From: Bacteroidales bacterium
GTDB lineage: Bacteria > Bacteroidota > Bacteroidia > Bacteroidales > JAIORY01
Assembly: GCA_030630005.1 (NCBI GenBank)
Contig: DAOVNY010000001.1
Coordinates: 1 to 36,369, forward strand
Reading direction: 5' to 3'
Length of the DNA: 36,369 nucleotides
Under the pieces are notes generated by a model. It made no database searches. It saw only the letters and a list, made by a program, of their open reading frames with translations, and was not told the origin of the DNA. The translations under genes were made by a program, and so were the position numbers. Every line of letters begins with the position of its first letter. The stretch's first letter is position 1. Shown here piece by piece: positions 1-7,332 of this stretch.

Positions 1-1
1 T

Positions 2-1237
2 GAACAATACAGCATTGCCGAAGGAATAAAAACCAGTATTTCTAAACTGGGATACAAAAAACCCACCGACATTCAATATAAGTCTATTCCTCCAATCTTG
101 AGAGGAGAGGACGTTCTCGCCATTGCACAAACAGGCACAGGCAAAACAGCAGCTTTTGCCATACCTATTTTGCACATTTTGCAGGAACGTAAAATAAGCA
201 GTCGCCCGGATGGAGTAAAATGCCTGGTTATGGCACCTACGCATGAGTTGGCTTTGCAAATAGATTCTGTTTTTAAAACATTAGGAAAACATACAAGAAT
301 TACTTCTTTTTGCATTCATGGAGGTGTAGATCAGGAACCGCAAATTAAACAACTTAACAAAGGTGTGGATATATTAATTGCCACCCCCGGTAGAATGTTT
401 GATTTGGTAAGTCAGGGTGTGCTCATTTTGAGGCGGGTAGAAATTTTAGTTCTTGATGAAGCCGACCATATGCTCGACTTAGGTTTTATTAAAGACATAC
501 GCGATTTAATGCGTCATCTTCCCAGAAAACGCCAAACTCTTTTCTTTTCTGCAACCATCAACGATAAGATAAAGAAGCTCGCATATTCTTTAGTTACAGA
601 TGCTATACGTATTCAAATCTCACCAAAAGACCCCGTAGCAAAAAATATTGAACATGCTGTTGCTTTTATCGAAATGGACGACAAACGTTTCTTTTTAGAA
701 GACATGATAAAAAATAATCCGGAAAAGAAAATGTTAGTGTTTGTAAGGACCAAAGTACGAGCTGAGCGTGTAAAAAAAGCAATGGAAAGAGTTGATATCA
801 TAACAGATACAATTCATAGCGATAAAGAGCAGGAAGAACGCGAACGATGTATGAGAGGTTTTAGAAACGGAGAACTGAAAATTTTAATTGCCACCGATGT
901 TAGTGCCAGAGGAATTGACATACAGAATGTTGAATATGTAGTGAATTATGATTTGCCCGAATCTTTAGAAAATTATGTTCATAGAGTTGGTAGGACAGGG
1001 CGTGGAAGTCAAAAAGGACAAGCCGTTTCGTTTTGTAGTCCTGAAGAAAAAGAACTTTTGGCAGATATTGAAAAGAACCTTGGTAAAGCAATTAAAAGAA
1101 TAGAGATTTCAAAAAATGATTATAAATACACTTTGGACTTTACTGAAGATAAATCTCATGACTGGCAAAAGCTGATGAAAGAAATTGAATTAGAAGAAAA
1201 TACCCGGAAAAAGAGGAAGAAGAAATCTAAGAAATGA
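2..1237 (+). CDS. DEAD-box ATP-dependent RNA helicase (RhlE-like); 5' end cut by the window edge
   Basis: The frame is open from nt 2 (..GYKKPTDIQYKSIPPIL lies upstream of the TTG used by the ORF track). Motifs seen: Q motif PTDIQ, motif I AQTGTGKT, Ia PTHELA, II DEAD (LDEADHM), III SAT, V ARGID, VI HRVGRTGR. The C-terminal tail is Lys-rich. Confidence 0.93.
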   Translation, partial: EQYSIAEGIKTSISKLGYKKPTDIQYKSIPPILRGEDVLAIAQTGTGKTAAFAIPILHILQERKISSRPDGVKCLVMAPTHELALQIDSVFKTLGKHTRITSFCIHGGVDQEPQIKQLNKGVDILIATPGRMFDLVSQGVLILRRVEILVLDEADHMLDLGFIKDIRDLMRHLPRKRQTLFFSATINDKIKKLAYSLVTDAIRIQISPKDPVAKNIEHAVAFIEMDDKRFFLEDMIKNNPEKKMLVFVRTKVRAERVKKAMERVDIITDTIHSDKEQEERERCMRGFRNGELKILIATDVSARGIDIQNVEYVVNYDLPESLENYVHRVGRTGRGSQKGQAVSFCSPEEKELLADIEKNLGKAIKRIEISKNDYKYTLDFTEDKSHDWQKLMKEIELEENTRKKRKKKSKK

Positions 1238-1453
1238 ATTGTTAATAATTCTCAAAAAAACATTCAATAATATCTTATAATTAATGATATTAAACTTATT
1301 TTGCAATTACTCAGCCAATATAAAATATTAAAAAACAAATACTTGCCACAGATTCACCCTGTTGAATAATTTGTAATTTAGTGTTTATATTCATAAAAAT
1401 TATTATTCCACAGGGTGAACAGATTAAAATTAATAAATTTTAATAAATTTCAC

Positions 1454-1477
1454 AAAAAAAACTACCTTTGGTAGTTT
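1454..1477 (-). terminator. Intrinsic-terminator-like hairpin, strongest in minus orientation
   Basis: AAACTACC (1459-1466) pairs with GGTAGTTT (1470-1477) around a TTT loop. On the minus strand the stem is followed by a T8 run; on the plus strand only TTT follows. There is no minus-strand gene to its right, so its function is unclear. It may act bidirectionally for the helicase gene. Confidence 0.4.
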
Positions 1478-1554
1478 AAAATCTGTAAATCTGTGGCTAT
1501 TAAGGTTAATATAGTGGCTGAATAGTTACCAATTCAAAAGCAAAAATAAAGTAA

Positions 1555-4500
1555 ATGGCATTTTTCCAAAACTCAGTAATTAATAAACATCTCAAAGCAT
1601 TAGATAATGAAGTTGTAAAAGCTGCTTATGCTAAGTTTAAAGACTATTTTCACAATCCTGAAATACAAAAAAATATACGTGAAGCCAAAGAAGAGCAATT
1701 TCAGGAAGGTTTTTTAAGAGAACTTTTTGTAAAAATCTTGGGATACACACTAAACCCACAACCAAACTACAACCTTACTACCGAGCTTAAAAACGAAAAG
1801 GGAGCAAAAAAAACAGACGGAGCTATTTTACATGATGGCAAAGCTTTAGCAGTTATAGAATTGAAAGGAACCGATACAAAAGACCTGGATAAAATAAATG
1901 CTCAGGCTTTTAACTATAAAAACAACCAAACGGGCTGTATTTATGTTATCACTTCCAATTTTGAAAAGCTGCGTTTTTTTATTCACAACTCCGTTGACCA
2001 TGTAGAATTTAATCTGTTTACACTTACCGAACAGGAATTTGAATTGCTTTGGTTGTGCTTGAGTGCTGACAGTTTGTTAGGTGGTATTCCGCTAAAAGTT
2101 AAAGAAGAAAGTTTATTAGCAGAAGAAAACATTACCAAGCAACTGTATAAAGATTATTCTACCTTTAAAACTGACTTATGGCAAAACATGGTAAAAAACA
2201 GTCCTGAGGCTGACCAATTGTTGCTATTTAAGAAAACCCAAAAACTCTTAGACCGTTTTCTGTTCATCTTTTTTGCCGAAGATAGCGGTTTGTTGCCTCC
2301 AAATTCAATTTCACGAATTGTAAAGCGATGGAATGTTTTGCAAGAAGAAGATGCATATAAACCTTTATACAATATCTTTAAACAGTATTTTGGCTACATC
2401 AATACCGGAAGAAAAGGCAAAAGCTTTCAAGACGATATTTTTGCCTACAACGGTGGATTGTTTTTTCCAGATGAAGTTTTGGACAATATCTTAATTGATG
2501 ATGATGTTTTGCACTTGCATGTAATGAAACTAACGGCTTACGATTTTCAAAGTGATATAGATGTAAATATTCTGGGACATATATTTGAAAATTCTCTAAA
2601 CGAAATTGAAAATGTAATTGCCAGATTAGAAGGAAAAGAAGTTGACAAAAATAAAACAAAGCGAAAAAAAGACGGAGTTTTTTATACTCCAAAATACATT
2701 ACCAAATACATAGTTGAAAATACAGTTGGTAAACTTTGTGAAGAAAAGAAAGCCAAATTAGGTGTTGTAGATGAAGAATATGCTAAAGGTCGGCAAAACC
2801 GCAAAAAAGAAACCCTTAAGAAATTGGATAAAAGTCTGCAAGCATATCGTGAGTGGTTGTTAAAAATTACCATTTGCGACCCTGCTTGCGGTAGTGGAGC
2901 TTTTTTGAATCAGGCTTTAGAGTTTTTAATTACCGAGCACGCCTATATTGATGAATTACAAGCTCAACTCATTGGGGCAAGTATTGTATTTCAGGATGTA
3001 AGTAACCATATTTTAGAGAAAAATATTTTTGGTGTTGATATTAATGAAGAAAGCGTAGATATAGCCAAACTCTCTTTATGGCTGCGAACCGCACAAAAAG
3101 GAAGAAAACTTACCACCTTGAATAATAACCTCAAATGTGGCAACTCATTAATTGATGATGCGGCTGTGGCAGGGGAGAAAGCTTTTATCTGGCAAAAGGA
3201 GTTTCCTCAGATTTTTAAAGAAAAAGATAAAAAGGCATGGCATGTGGTATTTGCTATTCATAATTCACGTTATGTGAAATTTACCGACGGGTTAACCCGT
3301 CGGTTTAATCGGTTTGAACCCGGCTTTATTGCTTATACATATCCGAAATTAAACTTACATGAGGAAGAAATACTTGCAGACTGTTTGAATGAAGTTGTAA
3401 AAGAAAAGCAATTAAATATTTTAGCTTGTAATATTTGTGAAGATCATGTGCATGCAATAATTGTATGCGACAAAGAAGAACTTGAAAAAAACATTGGGCA
3501 ATGGAAAGGTCGCACTGCCTACCTGTATAACAGACGGGTTAACCCGTCTATAGATGATCAGCAGCCTGAATATGCCGATGGCACAAAGCAAAAACTTTGG
3601 GCAAAAAGTTTTCACCCTGTGGAAATTACGAATGATACCCAAATGCAAAACACTTTGCATTATATCAAAAACAACCGAGGAAAACATGAACTGCCTGCAC
3701 CAACCGACGGGTTAACCCGTCGGTTGAAAGAGATGACCTGCACACCCGAACACGCCTTCCGAACCGAATATAAAGGCGGTTTTGATGTGGTGATTGGAAA
3801 TCCGCCGTATGTACAGGAACAAATAAAAGATATACACAAGTCCTATTATCAGAATAATTATAAGACTATTGAAGGAAAACCAGATTTATATAGGATATTT
3901 ATTGAAAAAGGATTGAATTTAATTCACAAAGAGGGTTGCTTTTCATTCATCACTCCAAATTCATTCTTGACAATACCATCAGCGAATAAACTTAGGGAAT
4001 TGATCAAACAAGAATCAACTCTTAAAAAGATAATTAATTTTGAAGGAATGGTATTTGAAACAGCAAATATCAATACCGTGATATTTGTAATTAACAAACC
4101 ACAGAAAAAAATACCAGTAATAATTACAAATGACATTTCTACTTCACCCACTCCTGACAGCTTAGCTAACTCACTTAGTAAAAGTTTTGAGTTAAATTAT
4201 GAAGATTATATGAATGAATCTTCTATAAATGTAGAATTCAATAACCCTTTAGAAAAAAGCATTATTAAAAAACTTCACAGTTGTTCATGTAAATTGGCTG
4301 ATATTGCCGAATATACTCTTGGCCTACAGGTGTATCATAACACCATGCATAACAAAGATCAGATTAAGAATAGAATTTATCATAACATATCTAAGATCGA
4401 TAATAGTTACATTCCCGAAATAGGAGGCAGAAACATAGAAAGATATGGATTAGATGATAATTTCAAAGAATTTGTTTCTTATGGTGAATGGTGCTATAAT

Positions 4501-5136
4501 AAACCAGATCCTCGTTTTATTAGCGATAAGAGAATTTTAATAAGGGAAATACCCGGTCCTAATCATTTGATATGTACAATGTTTACAAAAGAAGGAATAC
4601 CTAATAAAGCCATAATAATCGTCCGATCAGATAAAGAAAATCAATATTCAATTTTAGGTGTTTTAAATTCAAGACTTATAGGTTATTACATTCACAAAAC
4701 TACAGAGAAAGGTAAGCAGAAATTATTTCCTCGAATTTCTCTTACATCCATAAAAAATCTGCCAATGCCCACAAAATTTAATAAGCAAATTGAAATAAAG
4801 GTTAGTAATATAATGTCGAAGAAAGAAGTTTTAACTAACTTGTTAACTAATTTTTTAAAGCTCTTAATATCAAGAGCCAATCTCGATAAACCTTCTAATA
4901 AGCTGAAACGATGGAATGAATTGGATTTTAAAGAGTTTTTAAAAGAATTAAAAAAAGCCAAAGTACAACTTAGCTTACCGGAAGAAGCAGAGTGGATGCA
5001 ATACTTTAACGAACAGAAACAAAAAGCACAAGAAATTAAATCAGAAATTGAGAAAACCGACAAAGAAATAGACCAAATGGTTTATGAGTTGTATGGGTTG
5101 ACGGAGGAGGAGATTGGAATAGTGGAGAAAAATTAG
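1555..5136 (+). CDS. Type IIG restriction-modification enzyme (Eco57I/MmeI-like fused PD-(D/E)XK nuclease + gamma-class N6-adenine methyltransferase + TaqI_C-like specificity domain) carrying a nested HUH transposase-like domain
   Basis: N-terminal D88..E102-L-K104 (TDGAIL..VIELKG) nuclease motif. FYTP. SAM motif I D442-PACGSGAF. Motif IV N749-PPY preceded by GGFDVVIG. C-terminal part LNSRLIGYY..KLFPRISLTSIKNLP resembles a TaqI_C-type TRD. Tail ends YELYGLTEEEI. About 180 extra codons sit between motif III and motif IV (see the mobile_element feature). Confidence 0.85.
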   Translation: MAFFQNSVINKHLKALDNEVVKAAYAKFKDYFHNPEIQKNIREAKEEQFQEGFLRELFVKILGYTLNPQPNYNLTTELKNEKGAKKTDGAILHDGKALAVIELKGTDTKDLDKINAQAFNYKNNQTGCIYVITSNFEKLRFFIHNSVDHVEFNLFTLTEQEFELLWLCLSADSLLGGIPLKVKEESLLAEENITKQLYKDYSTFKTDLWQNMVKNSPEADQLLLFKKTQKLLDRFLFIFFAEDSGLLPPNSISRIVKRWNVLQEEDAYKPLYNIFKQYFGYINTGRKGKSFQDDIFAYNGGLFFPDEVLDNILIDDDVLHLHVMKLTAYDFQSDIDVNILGHIFENSLNEIENVIARLEGKEVDKNKTKRKKDGVFYTPKYITKYIVENTVGKLCEEKKAKLGVVDEEYAKGRQNRKKETLKKLDKSLQAYREWLLKITICDPACGSGAFLNQALEFLITEHAYIDELQAQLIGASIVFQDVSNHILEKNIFGVDINEESVDIAKLSLWLRTAQKGRKLTTLNNNLKCGNSLIDDAAVAGEKAFIWQKEFPQIFKEKDKKAWHVVFAIHNSRYVKFTDGLTRRFNRFEPGFIAYTYPKLNLHEEEILADCLNEVVKEKQLNILACNICEDHVHAIIVCDKEELEKNIGQWKGRTAYLYNRRVNPSIDDQQPEYADGTKQKLWAKSFHPVEITNDTQMQNTLHYIKNNRGKHELPAPTDGLTRRLKEMTCTPEHAFRTEYKGGFDVVIGNPPYVQEQIKDIHKSYYQNNYKTIEGKPDLYRIFIEKGLNLIHKEGCFSFITPNSFLTIPSANKLRELIKQESTLKKIINFEGMVFETANINTVIFVINKPQKKIPVIITNDISTSPTPDSLANSLSKSFELNYEDYMNESSINVEFNNPLEKSIIKKLHSCSCKLADIAEYTLGLQVYHNTMHNKDQIKNRIYHNISKIDNSYIPEIGGRNIERYGLDDNFKEFVSYGEWCYNKPDPRFISDKRILIREIPGPNHLICTMFTKEGIPNKAIIIVRSDKENQYSILGVLNSRLIGYYIHKTTEKGKQKLFPRISLTSIKNLPMPTKFNKQIEIKVSNIMSKKEVLTNLLTNFLKLLISRANLDKPSNKLKRWNELDFKEFLKELKKAKVQLSLPEEAEWMQYFNEQKQKAQEIKSEIEKTDKEIDQMVYELYGLTEEEIGIVEKN
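3283..3305. repeat. Palindrome copy 1: ACCGACGGGTTAACCCGTCGGT(T), a 22-nt perfect palindrome
   Basis: It is self-complementary by direct reading and translated as TDGLTRR. It is identical over 23 nt to the copy at 3703-3725. Confidence 0.95.
3532..3549. repeat. Palindrome copy 2: AGACGGGTTAACCCGTCT, an 18-nt perfect palindrome
   Basis: It shares the 16-nt core GACGGGTTAACCCGTC with copies 1 and 3. It is read in a different frame (RRVNPS). Confidence 0.95.
3703..3725. repeat. Palindrome copy 3: ACCGACGGGTTAACCCGTCGGT(T)
   Basis: This is a 23-nt direct repeat of 3283-3305, offset by exactly 420 nt (140 codons), and again translated as TDGLTRR. Confidence 0.95.
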
Positions 5137-5282
5137 TATTAAATTATTTCCCATCTTATTCTGGAGTGCTCATTGAACTGTATCAGTACTTTAAATAAGT
5201 TCATTCTGAAACTTCGTTATCGTAATAATTCATGCATTGCGTTAACATTTTTCAATCGACAAGAGACTAATTCTTCTAAATC

Positions 5283-5290
5283 TATTTTTG
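5283..5290 (+). promoter_or_regulatory. Candidate Bacteroidota -7 promoter box TATTTTTG upstream of the C/vsr/dcm operon
   Basis: Exact match to the TAnnTTTG consensus, 172 nt upstream of the ATG at 5462. This is a motif match only. Confidence 0.25.
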
Positions 5291-5322
5291 AATATCTTTA
5301 ACGCCCTATTATATTTTGCTTA

Positions 5323-5372
5323 TATATTATAATACAATATAGAAATATATTATATTATAATATTGTATAATA
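5323..5372. promoter_or_regulatory. AT-rich direct/inverted repeat block; candidate operator (C-box-like) for the XRE gene
   Basis: TATATTATAATA occurs at 5323-5334 and 5351-5362. ATACAATAT (5332-5340) is the reverse complement of ATATTGTAT (5360-5368). The block lies between the candidate promoter box and the HTH gene. Confidence 0.3.
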
Positions 5373-5461
5373 CGTTTTTATGTTATAATTTCACAAAAAA
5401 AATAAATCTCTATTAAAGTACGATATTTTTTTGTATTAAAAAACTATGTAATAAATTACTA

Positions 5462-5677
5462 ATGTCTGATAAGCAGCATATTAATCGAATCAAAGAAGTG
5501 TTGAAAGAGCAAGGAAGAACCCAGACTTGGTTAACTGAAAAAATTGACAAAAGCTATGTTGTTGTAACAAATTACTGTAATAATAATACACAACCGAGTG
5601 TACTTGTTTTAACGAAAATAGCAAAAATATTAGATGTGGATATTAGAGAATTATTAGTACCGACAAAATATTATTAG
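5462..5677 (+). CDS. XRE-family helix-turn-helix regulator (probable R-M controller/C-protein)
   Basis: 71 aa with an HTH_3-like pattern (RIKEVLKEQGRTQTWLTEKIDKSYVVVTNYCNN..PSVLVLTKIAKILDVDIRELL). It is the first gene of a tightly packed R-M operon, 5 nt before vsr. Confidence 0.75.
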   Translation: MSDKQHINRIKEVLKEQGRTQTWLTEKIDKSYVVVTNYCNNNTQPSVLVLTKIAKILDVDIRELLVPTKYY

Positions 5678-5682
5678 ACCAA

Positions 5683-6099
5683 ATGGTTGATGTCCACACA
5701 AAAGAAACGAGAAGTTACAATATGAGCCGGATCAAAGGTAAGGATACAAAACCAGAGATATTGGTTAGAAAGTTCTTGTTTTCTCAGGGATTTAGATATC
5801 GGTTGCATGATAAAAAATTACCGGGAAAGCCGGATTTAGTTTTTCCTAAGTACAAGAAAGTTGTATTTATACACGGTTGTTACTGGCATGGACATGAAGG
5901 ATGTAAATATTTCGTTCCACCCAAAACAAGAACAGAATGGTGGATGGATAAGATTAATGATAATAAAACAAGAGACGAAAAAAATATAGCAGAACTAAAA
6001 AAGAATATGTGGTATCCTATTATTATTTGGGAATGTGAATTAAAACCTGAAAAAAGAGAAAAAACTCTGAAAGCTTTGGTTAGAAAATTGAAAAAATAA
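5683..6099 (+). CDS. vsr: Very short patch repair endonuclease Vsr
   Basis: RSYNMSRIKGKDTKPE..GFRYRLH..LPGKPDLVFPKYKKVVFIHGCYWHGH matches the Vsr signature. Its stop codon abuts the dcm ATG. Confidence 0.92.
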   Translation: MVDVHTKETRSYNMSRIKGKDTKPEILVRKFLFSQGFRYRLHDKKLPGKPDLVFPKYKKVVFIHGCYWHGHEGCKYFVPPKTRTEWWMDKINDNKTRDEKNIAELKKNMWYPIIIWECELKPEKREKTLKALVRKLKK

Positions 6100-7332
6100 A
6101 TGAGTGATATTAAGTACATAGATTTATTTGCCGGTGCCGGTGGCTTGTCAGAAGGATTCATCAGGCAAGGATATAAACCAGTTGCTCATGTAGAATATGA
6201 TAAAGCCGCTTGCTTTACATTAAAAACCAGAGTTGCATTTCATTATCTGGTTAAATCTGGCAGAGAAGATATTTATTATTCATATCTGAAAGGTGAAATC
6301 AGCAGGGAAAAATTGTACGCTTGTGTCCCCCGCGAATTATTGGATACTGTAATCAATGCTGAAATAGGAAAAGAAAACCTGAATATCTTCAAAGCAATAG
6401 ATAATACTTTAAAAGGGGAAAAGGTAGATTTAATTATAGGAGGACCGCCTTGTCAGGCATATTCAATTGTTGGTCGTGCTCCACTTAAACACAAGAAGAA
6501 TGATGAACGTACAAAGCTTTATATTCAGTATGGTAGATTTTTGAAGAAATACCAACCCAAACTGTTTATATTTGAAAATGTTCCGGGAATCCTTTCTGCT
6601 GCTAAAGGTATGTACTTTAAAAATCTTCAGAAATATTATAAGCAATTAGGTTATCAGGTAAAGGCCAGATTACTCAATTCTTATGACTATGGAGTTATCC
6701 AGAACCGGAAGAGAATTATAATTATTGGTTGGCAAAAAGACTTTGAATTTTTATATCCTGAAATACAATCTGCAAAAAACAAGTATTTCAGAGATGAGAT
6801 ATTTTCGGATTTACCAGCAATTGAACCGGGAGAATCAAAAAGAGTACAGAAATATACAGCTAACACAAATGACTATTTAAGCCAAACATTTATTAGAAAT
6901 GGAGTTGATTTTGTTACCCAACATATAACAAGACCTCACAACAAAAAGGATTTAAGTATTTATAAATTAGCCATTGAACGACTTGAAAAAGGTAAGCAAC
7001 TAAAGAACAATCAAATTCCTGATAGTATGAGAACGCAAAAGAATACAACTGATTTTCTTGATCGTTTCAAAGTTGTTGACAAAGAACCTCACACATTAAT
7101 TGCACATATTGCAAAAGACGGACATCATTTTATTCATCCTGACAAAAAGCAGCTACGATCTATTTCTGTGAGGGAAGCTGCAAGAATTCAGTCATTTCCG
7201 GATGGCTACTATTTTGAAGGAATTAAAGAAAATCAACCAAGAACAGCAGCTTTCAGGCAAATTGGAAATGCTGTTCCTCCATTGATGGCTGAAAGAATAG
7301 CTGATAAAATAAAAGAGTTTTGGCATGAATAA
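6100..7332 (+). CDS. dcm: DNA (cytosine-5)-methyltransferase
   Basis: Motif I DLFAGAGGLSEGF; IV GGPPC118QAYS; VI ENVPG; VIII QNRKRIIIIG; IX RSISVREAARIQSFPD; X QIGNAVPPLMA. Confidence 0.95.
   Translation: MSDIKYIDLFAGAGGLSEGFIRQGYKPVAHVEYDKAACFTLKTRVAFHYLVKSGREDIYYSYLKGEISREKLYACVPRELLDTVINAEIGKENLNIFKAIDNTLKGEKVDLIIGGPPCQAYSIVGRAPLKHKKNDERTKLYIQYGRFLKKYQPKLFIFENVPGILSAAKGMYFKNLQKYYKQLGYQVKARLLNSYDYGVIQNRKRIIIIGWQKDFEFLYPEIQSAKNKYFRDEIFSDLPAIEPGESKRVQKYTANTNDYLSQTFIRNGVDFVTQHITRPHNKKDLSIYKLAIERLEKGKQLKNNQIPDSMRTQKNTTDFLDRFKVVDKEPHTLIAHIAKDGHHFIHPDKKQLRSISVREAARIQSFPDGYYFEGIKENQPRTAAFRQIGNAVPPLMAERIADKIKEFWHE

Larger units (their letters stand above)
3229..3771 (+). mobile_element. In-frame IS200/IS605-Y1 or RAYT-like HUH-Tyr transposase domain nested in the Type IIG ORF (aa ~559-739); it has no start or stop codon of its own
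   Basis: Beta1 AWHVVFAIHNSRY; HUH motif EDH631-V-H633-AIIV (nt 3445-3453); LWAKSFH; catalytic Tyr LHY703-IKNNRGKH (nt 3661-3663). The flanking host sequence EFPQIFKEKD / KGGFDVVIGNPPY would join as an ordinary short MTase connector. The insert is locally GC-richer than its surroundings. Confidence 0.65.

Noticed and set aside
1806-1813. The A8 tract just before the catalytic Asp codon of the Type IIG nuclease domain as a phase-variation switch
   Set aside because: Lys-Lys A-runs of 6-9 nt are common throughout this AT-rich window, in housekeeping genes too. Nothing singles this one out without population read data.
3229-3771. An intein as the explanation for the in-frame insert in the Type IIG ORF
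   Set aside because: No Cys/Ser/Thr at the N-junction, no His-Asn plus Cys/Ser/Thr at the C-junction, and no LAGLIDADG or HNH homing block. The insert carries HUH and Tyr transposase motifs instead.
1555-5136. BREX PglX as the identity of the 1193-aa methyltransferase
   Set aside because: The size is similar, but no brxA/B/C/L or pglZ genes are nearby. The N-terminal D..ExK nuclease motif and the TaqI_C-like TRD fit a stand-alone Type IIG enzyme, and about 180 aa of the length is the nested domain.
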